Shown: positions 27,748 to 37,806, numbered from the stretch's first letter. The stretch is 53,546 nucleotides of DNA from Candidatus Kuenenbacteria bacterium RIFCSPHIGHO2_02_FULL_39_13 (GCA_001783595.1 MFMW01000029.1:1-53546); one strand, 5' to 3'. Notes: generated from the letters alone by a model not told the origin. Numbers and translations are program-made.

Positions 27748-28308
27748 ATGCTCAACTACACTGATCTTAAGGTTGGCACGGTATTTAAATTTGCAGGTGA
27801 TCCTTATCAGGTAATTAAATCCTCTCATCTTAAAATGGGCCGCGGCGCCGCTGTGCTGCAAACTAAAATCAAAAACTTAAAAAACGGCAGTGTGCTGGAA
27901 CGGAACTTCAAACAAGCTGACAAATTTGAAAAAGCTGATGTAGCCAAGAAAAAAGCCGAATTTCTCTACAGCCAAGGCGATAAATGCAATTTCATGGATG
28001 AAAATTACGAACAATTTTTTATTGAAAAATCAGTCATAGAAGCACAGTTGAAATTTCTTAAAGAATCAGCCAGTGTTAACGTATTATATTTTGACGGCTC
28101 GCCGCTTGGCATTGAATTGCCGCCTAAAATTGATTTGGCAGTAGTAGAAGCTCCGCCGGCAATCCGCGGCGACACTGCTCAAGGCTCCGTTACCAAATCA
28201 GTTAAACTGGAAACCGGCGCTGAAATCAATACTCCCATCTTTATTAAAGAGGGCGACATCATCCGTATTAACACCGAAACTGGAGAATATGTGGAAAGAG
28301 TCAAATAA
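27748..28308 (+). CDS. efp: Elongation factor P (Arg32, KMGRG loop)
   Basis: RGDTA, LETGAEI, FIKEGD, GEYVER. Confidence 0.96.
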   Translation: MLNYTDLKVGTVFKFAGDPYQVIKSSHLKMGRGAAVLQTKIKNLKNGSVLERNFKQADKFEKADVAKKKAEFLYSQGDKCNFMDENYEQFFIEKSVIEAQLKFLKESASVNVLYFDGSPLGIELPPKIDLAVVEAPPAIRGDTAQGSVTKSVKLETGAEINTPIFIKEGDIIRINTETGEYVERVK

Positions 28309-28331
28309 AACCCGGCGTCAACCGGGTTTTA
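28306..28331. terminator. Bidirectional terminator between efp and recA
   Basis: TAAAACCCGG/CCGGGTTTTA. Confidence 0.8.
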
Positions 28332-28337
28332 AAATAC

Positions 28338-28358
28338 CTAGTTACTAATTACTAATTA
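28338..28358. repeat. Heptamer tandem (CTAATTA) x3 overlapping the recA stop
   Basis: ctagtta-ctaatta-ctaatta. Confidence 0.6.
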
Positions 28359-29398
28359 CCTTCTTCCTGCTTCACCTTGTCCCAAATCCTCTTGCCAATC
28401 TCTTTTAACAACTTACCATTCTGGCGCAAAAACATCTTAGCGTTTTCGCGTCCTACGCCTAATTTCTCATCACCGCCTGCTGTGTCAACAGGCGAGTAGG
28501 AATAAGAATTGCCAAGCTTATTAATTATCCCCTCGGCTACTCCCCGATCAAGTATGTCGCCGGCGATAGAAATCCCCTCATTATACATAATGTCAAATTC
28601 CGCAGTCTTAAACGGCGGCGCCACTTTGTTTTTGACTATTTTCATCTTAACCCGATTGCCAATAATTTTCTCGCCCATTTTAATCTGCGCCGCCCGCTTC
28701 AGCTCAATGCGCACTGACGCATAAAATTTCAAAGCCATACCACCAGTTGTTGTTTCTGGATTGCCAAAAACAATACCGATTTTTTGGCGCGTTTGATTTA
28801 AAAATATTACCGTGGTCTCTGTCTTTGATATAATGGCTGTCAATTTTCTAAGCGCCTGGCTCATCAGTCTTGCCTGAAGCCCCATATGAGATTGGCCCAT
28901 CTCTCCTTCAATTTCCGCTTTGGGCGTTAACGCCGCCACTGAATCAATCACAATCAAATCCACCCCGCCAGACCTGACCAAAGTCTCTACAATCTCCAAT
29001 GCCTGTTCGCCATTATCTGGCTGCGAAATTAAAAGCTCATCTACTTTAACTCCAGTCCTTTTAGCGTAATCAGGATCCAAAGCATGCTCGGCGTCAACAA
29101 ACGCCGCCACTCCGCCTACGCGCTGTACTGTGGCAATGGCGTGTTGCGACAATGTTGTTTTACCTGATGCCTCTGCCCCATAAATTTCAATCACTCTCCC
29201 TTTAGGCAAACCTCCCACACCCAGCGCCAAATCAATTGACAAACAACCAGTGGAAATCGCCGGCACTTTTAATTTTTTAATTTCGCCAAACCTCATAATT
29301 GCCCCTTCGCCAAACCTCTGTTTTATCTCCTCCATGGCTATTTCCGCCGCTTTCAATCTTTTTTGCCCCTCATCTTGATTTTCCTCATTTTTAACCAT
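28352..29398 (-). CDS. recA: Recombinase A
   Basis: [31 protein letters not shown]; extra SPVDTAG near the C terminus. Confidence 0.98.
   Translation of the reverse strand: MVKNEENQDEGQKRLKAAEIAMEEIKQRFGEGAIMRFGEIKKLKVPAISTGCLSIDLALGVGGLPKGRVIEIYGAEASGKTTLSQHAIATVQRVGGVAAFVDAEHALDPDYAKRTGVKVDELLISQPDNGEQALEIVETLVRSGGVDLIVIDSVAALTPKAEIEGEMGQSHMGLQARLMSQALRKLTAIISKTETTVIFLNQTRQKIGIVFGNPETTTGGMALKFYASVRIELKRAAQIKMGEKIIGNRVKMKIVKNKVAPPFKTAEFDIMYNEGISIAGDILDRGVAEGIINKLGNSYSYSPVDTAGGDEKLGVGRENAKMFLRQNGKLLKEIGKRIWDKVKQEEGN
28474..28494. repeat. 21-nt palindrome in frame in recA
   Basis: Sense strand CGCCTGTTG-ACA-CAGCAGGCG. Confidence 0.75.
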
Positions 29399-29424
29399 AT
29401 AAACTAAATTAATTGCTAATTATT

Positions 29425-30093
29425 TTATTCCCCTACTATTATTCTCCGATAGACCGTCCTTGTCCTGCCGTATGACTTTTTTGCCTCAATCTTAATTACA
29501 TTTAACCCCTTATTCAAATCTATGTCAACCTCAAACCAACCATAGCCATCAGCCGTAATTTCTTGGTCATTCAGCCCGAGCCATGCTCCGCTGTCAACCT
29601 TGCCCATTATTTTAACATGACTGTTTAATGACACGAAATTATCAGTGGGATAAAGCACGTTTAACTCTGGCGGCCTTAAAAGCGACCAGACCTGAAACCC
29701 CAAATAAGCAATAATCCCCGCCACCGCCAAACCCAGAAAAAAATTACGAATTATTTTGGGCAAAACAATCAATCTCTTCTTGGATACTCCGAAACGTTCT
29801 ATCTGCCCGGCCAGCCAAATTTTTTGCCTTTTTATTTCCTCATAAAATTTTTTTTCCGCCTCCTGCCAATCCAACCCTAAAAAACCGGCATATTTTTTCA
29901 GCCAGTTTTTAGCATAAACTTCTCCGGGAATAATTTCATAATCATTGCTTTCTAAAGCCTCTAAATAATGCCTGGCTACCCCAATCTTTTTTTCCACTGC
30001 CAAAACACTTAAATTTACCCTTTTCCTTGCCCGCTCCAAATCCTCGCCTAAAGACTTTACCGTAATAATATTTTTCTGCTTAAAACGAATCAT
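29425..30093 (-). CDS. RodZ-like protein (HTH, TM helix, Ig-like domain)
   Basis: LGEDLERAR...YLEALE...PGEVYAKNWLKKYA; TM helix; LNKGLNVIKI; start at 30093. Confidence 0.85.
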   Translation of the reverse strand: MIRFKQKNIITVKSLGEDLERARKRVNLSVLAVEKKIGVARHYLEALESNDYEIIPGEVYAKNWLKKYAGFLGLDWQEAEKKFYEEIKRQKIWLAGQIERFGVSKKRLIVLPKIIRNFFLGLAVAGIIAYLGFQVWSLLRPPELNVLYPTDNFVSLNSHVKIMGKVDSGAWLGLNDQEITADGYGWFEVDIDLNKGLNVIKIEAKKSYGRTRTVYRRIIVGE

Positions 30094-30106
30094 AGGCCTT
30101 AAAACT

Positions 30107-32407
30107 TCAAAATTTATATTTATCTTCCTCGGATTCTTCTTCCAGTGCGTCATCATCTTCAACCGCCTCAATTTCTTCTTCCTCTTCTTTAGATTTTCCA
30201 TCTTCTTCCTGAATAAAATCATCTGTTCCCCGTTGACTATCTTCCGGTTCTTGCTCCAATATTTCATCCGCTTGTTCAATTAAACTCCTTTCTCCTTTAT
30301 TGACTAATACTTCTCTTGGTTTTGAGCCGTCTGCCCTGCCAATGACACCTGCTTGCTCAAGCAAATCCAAAATTCTGGCGGCTCTGGCATAACCGATTCT
30401 TAATCTCCGCTGCAAATATGAAGCAGAGGCTTTGCCAGCTTCAATTACTAAATCTCTAGCCTCGCTTAAAAACTCATCGCCATTTTCATCAGGATAGACG
30501 TTCATTACTATCCCGCCAAGACCCAAAGTCGGCGTTTTTTCTACCACGCTTTCCTCATAATTTGGTTCGCCTCTCTCCCGTAAATATTGAACAACTCGCT
30601 CAATATCTTCATCGCTGCAAAAAGCGCCCTGAATTCTTCTGGGCTTGGAAATTTCAGCTGAAGTAAAGAGCATATCCCCTTTACCCAATAATTTTTCAGC
30701 TCCGGATACATCTAAAATCGTTCTTGAATCTGTCAGCGACGCCACCGCAAAGGCGATGCGGCCGGGAATATTTGCCTTAATCAATCCAGTGATAATATCT
30801 ACTGACGGCCGCTGGGTGGATAAAATCAAATGAATCCCGACCGCTCTGGACATCTGCGCCAGCCGAATAACTGCCGCCTCAACTTCAGCTCCGGCCACGC
30901 TCATCAAATCCGCCAATTCATCAATTATAAAAACAAGGTAAGGCAGTCTGTCTCTGGGATGAGTAATATTATAGCCCTGGATATTTCTTTTGCCGGCATT
31001 AGATAAAACATGGAACCTTCTTTCCATTTCGCCAATCGTCCATTTGAGCGCATTAATAATTTTCTTAACATCAGTAATCACCGGCGTCATCAAATGCGGA
31101 ATACCGTTATAACCAGGCATCTCTACCCGCTTGGGATCAACTAAAATAAATTTAAGTTCATCCGGCTGGTTTTGGTAAAGGAGTGAAATAATAATTGAAT
31201 TCAAACAGACTGTTTTACCGGAATTTGTCGCTCCGGCCACTAACAGGTGCGGCAAGTTTTCCAAATCAGCCAGCCAAGGTTTGCCAGTCACATCCTGGCC
31301 CAGGGCAATCGTCAAATTTGATTTCCTTTGTTTAAACTCCGGTGATTCTAAAACATGCCTCAACGGCACAATGGCAATTTTTTTATTTGGCACCTCAACC
31401 CCGACCAATGACTTGCCTGGAATCGGCGCTTCAATTCTGATGGGATGAGCTGCCAAAGCCAAAGCCAGATTATTACCCAGGCCAATAACCCGCGACAGCT
31501 TGACCCCTTCAGCCGGCCGAAAAGTATATTGCGTTACTGTCGGACCAATTGATATCTCGCCCATCTCCACCTCAATGCCAAAATTAACCAGTGTTCTTTT
31601 AATTATCTCCTGATAAAATTTAGTATCACCGGCTGTCGGTTTGCCAGCTTTGTTACTCATCAAACTCAAGGGAATATCAATTTTTGGATATCTTTTGCGC
31701 ACTGGCTTCTCGCGCGCCTCTGTTTCACCATTTTCATCTTCACTCTCTGGAGCTCGGCTAGGAATATCAGCGGACTCTTTTTTGCCATTATCAATATCAT
31801 GCTCTTCAAATTCAACTTCCTCTTCTTCGTTCTGCCCGTAATCTTCATTTTTCTCTTCTCTAAATCTGGAAAATAATCCTCCTGTTCTTTCCCTTAAGCC
31901 CTTTAAAAAAACTATATCAACTAAGCCGTTTAACATAAACAACAACCCGACTACAAAAACTGCAAAACTAACTACCATACCAGCCCAGCGACCCATCAGC
32001 TCAAAAAGAAGCCAAGCTAATGGGAAACCAATATAACCGCCTCCTGAACCAACCTTAATTGCTTCAGTTAAATTATTTGGATCTAAAGTAAAATGAAAAA
32101 AAGTGGAATAACCTATAATCGCAAGCAGAGTACCTGCCCAATTCAAATTACTAAAAAAATATTTCTTATTCCTGATTAAAAAATAAAGGATAAACGACAT
32201 CACTACGGGAAATATCCAAAAACCCCAACCAAACATATATTTTAAAACACTATAAAAGAACCGACCAAAAACACCAGCTTTATCAAAAATCGAAAAAAAA
32301 CTCAAAGCCGTAATCAAAAAAACAAGCACAATTATAACGCCCCTTTTAGTGCCAGATTCCATATCCGGCATATCAGGCAAACTAAATCTACGTCTTTTCC
32401 GAGCCAT
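30107..32407 (-). CDS. ftsK: DNA translocase FtsK/SpoIIIE
   Basis: N-terminal TM helices, PHLLVAGATNSGKT, IIDELAD, TQRPSVD, gamma domain LQRRLRIGYARAAR; start at MARKRR. Confidence 0.96.
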   Translation of the reverse strand: MARKRRRFSLPDMPDMESGTKRGVIIVLVFLITALSFFSIFDKAGVFGRFFYSVLKYMFGWGFWIFPVVMSFILYFLIRNKKYFFSNLNWAGTLLAIIGYSTFFHFTLDPNNLTEAIKVGSGGGYIGFPLAWLLFELMGRWAGMVVSFAVFVVGLLFMLNGLVDIVFLKGLRERTGGLFSRFREEKNEDYGQNEEEEVEFEEHDIDNGKKESADIPSRAPESEDENGETEAREKPVRKRYPKIDIPLSLMSNKAGKPTAGDTKFYQEIIKRTLVNFGIEVEMGEISIGPTVTQYTFRPAEGVKLSRVIGLGNNLALALAAHPIRIEAPIPGKSLVGVEVPNKKIAIVPLRHVLESPEFKQRKSNLTIALGQDVTGKPWLADLENLPHLLVAGATNSGKTVCLNSIIISLLYQNQPDELKFILVDPKRVEMPGYNGIPHLMTPVITDVKKIINALKWTIGEMERRFHVLSNAGKRNIQGYNITHPRDRLPYLVFIIDELADLMSVAGAEVEAAVIRLAQMSRAVGIHLILSTQRPSVDIITGLIKANIPGRIAFAVASLTDSRTILDVSGAEKLLGKGDMLFTSAEISKPRRIQGAFCSDEDIERVVQYLRERGEPNYEESVVEKTPTLGLGGIVMNVYPDENGDEFLSEARDLVIEAGKASASYLQRRLRIGYARAARILDLLEQAGVIGRADGSKPREVLVNKGERSLIEQADEILEQEPEDSQRGTDDFIQEEDGKSKEEEEEIEAVEDDDALEEESEEDKYKF

Positions 32408-32514
32408 AAATATCAATAATTTAGTTATTATATCTTCTATTTTAACACTTTTAATGATTTTCCACAACCAAACCGTAACTGATCAACCCAAAAAATCAAA
32501 AAATATCATAATCA

Positions 32515-32543
32515 AAAATCCCCAAATTATTATTGGGGATTTT
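32515..32543 (-). terminator. Intrinsic terminator
   Basis: AAAATCCCCAA/TTGGGGATTTT stem. Confidence 0.75.
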
Positions 32544-32558
32544 AACACCTCATTAAAA

Positions 32559-33119
32559 TTATTGCGTAGCGCTAGCGGTATTATCTATCTTATACTGCAA
32601 GATTGCCTGGACTACTTTACCGCTATCTTTAAGCTCTTCAACAAAGATAACCTGATTATTGTTGATTTTCATATAGTCTTGAGGGCCGTGGAGCTCATTG
32701 CCTAATTTAACTAGGATTAATCGCGGCTGTTGGTCTGTACTTGATGGCGGCACTTGTTGAAGCGGGTCAGAAGCTTGTAAATAGTAGATATCCTCAAGCA
32801 AGGTGCTTTTGTCGCTTTGGTCTGTAATTTTGCCAAAATAGACTTGGCCATTGCTTAAAAAGACTGCGTGATAAACGTCTTTATTGTATTTTAAGCTGGC
32901 TGAATAGCCTTTATCGCCGAATAAACTGATGGCAGTGTATTGGTTAACTAAAAAACCAATCACCACAAGAATAACAACCACCACGATGACAGTCACAAAA
33001 GTTTTGGCGCCTTTAGAAGCATTGCCTTTAACTGGCCGCTTGTCTGCATCTTTGGCATTATCTGGAAGCTCTAGGCCGAAATCAGCCTTTTTAGCTTCTG
33101 TTTTAATATCCATAGCCAT
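32559..33119 (-). CDS. Conserved hypothetical membrane-anchored protein (CPR-type)
   Basis: One TM helix; YHAVFLSNGQVYFGKI...LVKLGNELHGP. Confidence 0.8.
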   Translation of the reverse strand: MAMDIKTEAKKADFGLELPDNAKDADKRPVKGNASKGAKTFVTVIVVVVILVVIGFLVNQYTAISLFGDKGYSASLKYNKDVYHAVFLSNGQVYFGKITDQSDKSTLLEDIYYLQASDPLQQVPPSSTDQQPRLILVKLGNELHGPQDYMKINNNQVIFVEELKDSGKVVQAILQYKIDNTASATQ

Positions 33120-33232
33120 ATGAATTGCCTTTTTTATAGATATTTCAAAATCTATAAATTATTAATAATTAAAATTGACCTGATGCTATTATAACACAAC
33201 AAATATAACTTGAAAATGTGTATAAAACTATT

Positions 33233-33709
33233 TTATTTAATACTTAGAATTTTATATTTAACAAGCCCTTTAGGCGCTTGGAATTCCACGGTATCGCCTT
33301 TTTTACGGCCAAGGAATGCGCGGCCAATCGGCGATTCATTGGAAATTTTGTTGTTCAAGGGATCTGATTCATGACAGCCAACAATAGTGTATTCTTTTTT
33401 ATTGCCAAGCTCATTTTTAAATTTAACAGTTGAACCAACGTCCACAACATCATTGCCAGCAGCGCTTTTTTCTTCAATCACAACGGCATTTTTTATCACA
33501 TTATCAAGTTCGGCTATTTTCATTTCTAAAAAGGCCTGCTCATCTTTGGCAGCGCTATATTCCGCGTTTTCAGACAGATCGCCCAATTCTTTGGCTTCTT
33601 GAATACGTTCAGCAATGTTTTTACGTTCAATATTAATCAAATAACCAAACTGATCTTTTAATTTCTGCAAACCATCTGAAGTAATATAGGTTTTATTGTT
33701 GTCCGGCAT
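33233..33709 (-). CDS. greA: Transcription elongation factor GreA
   Basis: GDLSENAEY, ISNESPIGRA; TTGACA promoter upstream. Confidence 0.96.
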   Translation of the reverse strand: MPDNNKTYITSDGLQKLKDQFGYLINIERKNIAERIQEAKELGDLSENAEYSAAKDEQAFLEMKIAELDNVIKNAVVIEEKSAAGNDVVDVGSTVKFKNELGNKKEYTIVGCHESDPLNNKISNESPIGRAFLGRKKGDTVEFQAPKGLVKYKILSIK

Positions 33710-33794
33710 AGTCGCCACATTAAATAACACTTTTTAAGTATATAGTTGAAATAATAATATATATTAATATTTGTGTCAAGCGCAAAATTGAGGT

Positions 33795-35723
33795 TTAATT
33801 TTCATTAAAATACCACGCAATTACATCTTTAAACACTGGTATGGCCACGGTTGACCCTTCACCCCCGTTTTCTAAAAGAATAGTGATGACAATGCGCGGC
33901 GAGTCATAAGGAGCAAAGCCAGTAAACCAGGCGTGCGATTCTTTGCCAGCGCCAACTTGAGCCGTGCCTGTTTTCCCGGCCACGGCAATAGGCAAGGATT
34001 GCAGCGCTTTGGCTGAACCACTGGTAATAGTAGCTCGGAGAGCTCGGCGAATGATGTCAATATTTTCAGCAGAGGCTAAATTTTTTGCCAGAATATAGTC
34101 TTGGCTGGCATCAGAGTTAGGCTCGCTCTTTAAACCATTGGCATTAATTATTTCTTTTAACAGGTGCGGCTGATAAAGAGTGCCGCCATTGGCGAAAAAG
34201 GCGGTGTAGCTGGCGATCTGAAGCGGCGTAACTAAAATATCACCTTGACCAATGGCCAAATGGTAGGTATCGCCAATATACCAAGATTCCCGCTTGGTTT
34301 CTTCTTTCCAAGACTTACTGGGCAAAAAACCGCTTGCTTCACCCGGCAAATCAATGCCTAGGGTTTTAGATAAATAAAATTTTCTGGCAAAATCAGTTAT
34401 TTTTTGAACGCCCAAACCAGTAAAGTCATTATAGCCGCCGCCAATGTAGTAAAAAAAAGTGTTGACTGAATTGGCAATGGCGCTGATAACATTGACCCGG
34501 CCGTGGCCGCCGTATTTCCAATCAGGGAAGAACCATTTGTCAAGCTGCAGGCCGCCAGTGCTTAGAAAAGTTTTTTGTTCATTGATAATGCCCTGTTCAA
34601 GCGCGGCCAGAGCAACTAATGGTTTAAAAGTTGAGCCCGGCGGATAAGTGCCGGCGATAGCGCGATTAAACAAGGGCTTGCGCTGATCAGTTAAATAATT
34701 TTGATAAGCATCTTCGGCTATGCCGGCGCTGAAAAAATTATTATCAAAATCGGGCAAGCTAACAATGCTTAATATTTCTCCGCTTTGCGGGTCAAGCGCA
34801 ATGGCCACGCCCGTCTGGCTGGTAGCTGAATTTTTAATTGCTGCGGCCAAGCTTTGGCTAAGCTTTTTTTGAAGCTCGGCATCAATCGTCAGGACAAGAC
34901 TGGCGCCAATCTGCGGATCAGTCCTGTTTAATATCTTTTTGGTTTTACCAAGAGCGTCAACTTCAATTTCTTGAACGCCGTTTTTGCCTTTGAGAATCGG
35001 TTCATAAAATAATTCAACGCCGTCTTTGCCCAAAGTGTCATTTATCTCGTAATTTTGAGCAACAGATTGAGCAAATTCAGCCGGGCTAATTTTGCCCACA
35101 TAACCCAGGATATGCGATAAACCGCCGCCTTCAAGATAGTCGCGCCGAGGTTCAATGGTCGTGTAGATGCCGGCTAAATTATCCTCAATGCTTTTAAGCC
35201 TGATTGCTTGCTCATGCGAGAGATTGCCGGCAATCAGGACTGGTTCATAAGAATGGGCTTTGGCCTGACTAAAAGTTTGCCAGAGCTCGTCTGGATTTTT
35301 ATCAATAATGGCAGCGAGGACTTGGCTTAAATTTCTTTTTGGCTGGTCGTCTGAAGGCAGGTCAGATGGAATAAAATAAAGCGAGACATTGGGCAGATTG
35401 GCAACCAAAGGAGTATGGTAGCGATCGTAAATAATGCCGCGCTCTGCTTTGATGGACGAAAGCCTAATGCGATTGCCTTCGGCGATCTGATTATAATTTC
35501 CACCCTTGATAGCTTGAAGATAAAAAGCGCGCGCCATAATAATAACCAATGAGAAAATCATCACAAAAAAAATGACCCTGAATTTTTCGCGGGTTAAGGT
35601 CAGAGTTATCTTTTCTTGGCTGGCAGCCAACCAAAAATCAGAGCCTATCTGCCTTAAACGGCTAAAGCCCTTAATTTTAGCAATACTTTCCCTGATAATA
35701 AATGGGTTGGAGTTGGTCTTCAT
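33795..35723 (-). CDS. mrdA: Penicillin-binding protein 2
   Basis: RGIIYDR, PPGSTFK (SxxK), SVN, GKTGTAQ; follows mreCD. Confidence 0.95.
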   Translation of the reverse strand: MKTNSNPFIIRESIAKIKGFSRLRQIGSDFWLAASQEKITLTLTREKFRVIFFVMIFSLVIIMARAFYLQAIKGGNYNQIAEGNRIRLSSIKAERGIIYDRYHTPLVANLPNVSLYFIPSDLPSDDQPKRNLSQVLAAIIDKNPDELWQTFSQAKAHSYEPVLIAGNLSHEQAIRLKSIEDNLAGIYTTIEPRRDYLEGGGLSHILGYVGKISPAEFAQSVAQNYEINDTLGKDGVELFYEPILKGKNGVQEIEVDALGKTKKILNRTDPQIGASLVLTIDAELQKKLSQSLAAAIKNSATSQTGVAIALDPQSGEILSIVSLPDFDNNFFSAGIAEDAYQNYLTDQRKPLFNRAIAGTYPPGSTFKPLVALAALEQGIINEQKTFLSTGGLQLDKWFFPDWKYGGHGRVNVISAIANSVNTFFYYIGGGYNDFTGLGVQKITDFARKFYLSKTLGIDLPGEASGFLPSKSWKEETKRESWYIGDTYHLAIGQGDILVTPLQIASYTAFFANGGTLYQPHLLKEIINANGLKSEPNSDASQDYILAKNLASAENIDIIRRALRATITSGSAKALQSLPIAVAGKTGTAQVGAGKESHAWFTGFAPYDSPRIVITILLENGGEGSTVAIPVFKDVIAWYFNEN

Positions 35724-35726
35724 AAA

Positions 35727-36251
35727 TCAACTGATAAACTGGCTGATTAAGCGCGATTTAAAGCGAGCTGAAATTTTGTAGAGCGCTAAAATAATAAAGG
35801 AATGAACTATTATTTGCGCTAAAGAAAAAACAAAATAGCTGGCTGTCAGGCTGTTGGCAGGACTAACACTGCTGAATTTGGCAGCGCTCAATAAAACTAC
35901 AAGGTAAATAATTTGATAAATAATAAGAGAAATTAAATTGACTAAAATGAAAACTGCCAAATTTTTATGCTGGAGAATGCTCTTGAGAATAGCTTTGATG
36001 GCAAAGACTTCAAGCAGAAAAAGGAGGATAAAAAAACCAAAAAATAATGGCGAATAGACATCTAAGATTAAGCCAGCAAATACGGCGGCCAATACGGCGG
36101 TGCCGTAATGATAAAAATAGCTGATAAAAACAAGCAGCAAAAGCGGCAGATTAATCAAAAGCGCTAGCTGGTAATCAATGCCCGGCAGAAAGCCAATTTG
36201 CAAGGCAATGACCAAAATAATGACTAATAGCAGCGAAAAAATTTTAAGCAT
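35727..36251 (-). CDS. mreD: MreD-like membrane protein
   Basis: About five TM helices, AGLILDVYS; between mreC and mrdA. Confidence 0.8.
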   Translation of the reverse strand: MLKIFSLLLVIILVIALQIGFLPGIDYQLALLINLPLLLLVFISYFYHYGTAVLAAVFAGLILDVYSPLFFGFFILLFLLEVFAIKAILKSILQHKNLAVFILVNLISLIIYQIIYLVVLLSAAKFSSVSPANSLTASYFVFSLAQIIVHSFIILALYKISARFKSRLISQFIS

Positions 36252-36255
36252 AGCC

Positions 36256-37068
36256 TTAATTTTTTTGAGGAATAATAACAGTCACCAAACGAACATTTTG
36301 GTAGTCAACGGCCGGCTCAACCAAAGCCTCTTGCCAGTATTTTTCAGGTGTAGCCTCAACTTTGCTAACCCGGCCAATAATCAGACCGGCTGGAATATTT
36401 TCCTCCAGGCCTGAAGTGGCCACTAGGTCATTTTCATTTATCTTGATATCTTTGGCTAGCAGATCAATTTTTAAATTAATATTGTGCAGACCTTGAGCAA
36501 TGCCCAGAGCACTTTTATCGCCCGCAACAGTTACAGCGATTTTGCTAACGTTATCGCTTAAAAGCCTGACATGAGAAATATTTTCTTCAACTGAACTGAT
36601 TTTACCAATGATAATTCCTTGATTAGTCGTAACAGCCAGACCAGGTTTCAAGCCGCGCGACAAGCCTTGATTGATAATAATTTGGCTGGCAGCATAATCT
36701 AGATTGCGGCCTAAAACACGAGCGAGTAAATAATTTTCTTTTTGCTCATCAAAAAATTTTAATTCTTTTTTTAACCACTCATTTTCCTGGCGCAGTGTTT
36801 CTAGCGCGACATTTTTTTTAGCCAGCTCAATCAATTTTTGATTTAAGTCATCATTTTTTTTACTTAAATCAGCACGAGCCAGATAAACAGCCAGAAAGTC
36901 GCTCAAGGCCGCGGCAGTATAGTTGGCAGTGGCGATAATGGGATTAGTAAAAATAGTAATGTATCTGGTTGTTAAACGACTTAAGCCTAAATAATAAGAC
37001 AAGATTATAATTAGACAAAAAACAAGGATAATCACCGTTATTTTGCGCTGGAATTTAAATTTCAACAT
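36256..37068 (-). CDS. mreC: Rod shape-determining protein MreC
   Basis: TM helix, coiled coil (ENEWLK), IIINQG, ATSGL..PAGLIIGRV. Confidence 0.93.
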   Translation of the reverse strand: MLKFKFQRKITVIILVFCLIIILSYYLGLSRLTTRYITIFTNPIIATANYTAAALSDFLAVYLARADLSKKNDDLNQKLIELAKKNVALETLRQENEWLKKELKFFDEQKENYLLARVLGRNLDYAASQIIINQGLSRGLKPGLAVTTNQGIIIGKISSVEENISHVRLLSDNVSKIAVTVAGDKSALGIAQGLHNINLKIDLLAKDIKINENDLVATSGLEENIPAGLIIGRVSKVEATPEKYWQEALVEPAVDYQNVRLVTVIIPQKN

Positions 37069-37140
37069 AAATAGATTACTGTTAATTTTAATAGTAGCAT
37101 TATTTTAACAGAAAAAACAGAAAAATACAAAAATCAACCG

Positions 37141-37164
37141 AAATCCCGACCAGATAGCCGGGAT
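37141..37164 (-). terminator. Probable terminator hairpin after the AbrB-like gene
   Basis: ATCCCG/CGGGAT stem. Confidence 0.55.
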
Positions 37165-37169
37165 CCTTT

Positions 37170-37343
37170 TTATTTCTTCCAATCTTTTATTTGTATTGTT
37201 CTGCCTTTTAAATTTACGATAACTTTTTGCTTTTCCTTCCATTTTATTTTTTTTACAATTTCAATCGGTGAACTGACCACATAACTGTTGCCGCTTTTCA
37301 TAATTTTTCTGATGTTTTCTTGCGCTATTTTTCGTCTGGACAT
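37170..37343 (-). CDS. 57-aa AbrB/MazE/SpoVT-like DNA-binding protein (not in the ORF track)
   Basis: MSRRKIAQENIRKIMKSGNSYVVSSPIEIVKKIKWKEKQKVIVNLKGRTIQIKDWKK. Confidence 0.8.
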   Translation of the reverse strand: MSRRKIAQENIRKIMKSGNSYVVSSPIEIVKKIKWKEKQKVIVNLKGRTIQIKDWKK

Positions 37344-37365
37344 ATTTTGATTTTATATACTTATA

Positions 37366-37382
37366 ATGATTATAATCATGAC
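37366..37382. repeat. 17-bp palindromic direct repeat, left copy
   Basis: ATGATTATAATCATGAC, 16/17 identical to 41167-41183. Confidence 0.7.
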
Positions 37383-37423
37383 GGGATTAATTCTTACTGA
37401 ATTAATATACACCACATAAAAAC

Positions 37424-37543
37424 TTATCCAATAACCTTATAAAATTTATTTTCACTGCACATTTGCTTAATTTTGTTAGTTTTATTTATGCCAACCTCTT
37501 TAATCAGCACATTAAAATATAAAGCAAAAACTAAATCATCAAT
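37424..37543 (-). pseudogene. Stranded 3' end (39 codons) of a diverged Type IIG R-M allele
   Basis: IDDLVFALYFNV...CSENKFYK matches the C terminus of the 37822-41025 protein (21/39 aa identical). Confidence 0.85.
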
Positions 37544-37806
37544 TAAAAACCAAGCTTGCCTTGCTTGGCTAAAAGTTTCGGATCTGGCTTTTCTCTTGGT
37601 CCCATTTTTCTTTTTTGTCGCGCTTCTTCTTTTAATTGCCATCTTCTGTCATATTCTTTTCTTCCCTGCCTTAAATAATCCCGAATTTCTTCTGGCATAA
37701 AACTTTCTTCCGGTTTTAGCATCACCTGATCTAACTGCTGCTCACTCAACAATCTCACATTAGGCAAAATAAACTTGCTTTTTTTAGAATTATTTTTTTT
37801 GCTCAT
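37543..37806 (-). CDS. 87-aa basic hypothetical protein
   Basis: ATG about 15 nt after the R-M stop, AT-rich leader, co-oriented. Confidence 0.65.
   Translation of the reverse strand: MSKKNNSKKSKFILPNVRLLSEQQLDQVMLKPEESFMPEEIRDYLRQGRKEYDRRWQLKEEARQKRKMGPREKPDPKLLAKQGKLGF

Noticed and set aside
30094..30279. Long N-terminal extensions or overlaps in the ORF track (also at 4567, 7067, 25526, 32467, 41088)
   Set aside because: Longest-ORF artefacts; downstream ATGs give normal N termini and remove the overlaps.
37424..37642. 72-aa ORF as an independent gene
   Set aside because: Its first part is an alternative frame of the 87-aa ORF; only the last 39 codons are meaningful (R-M relic).
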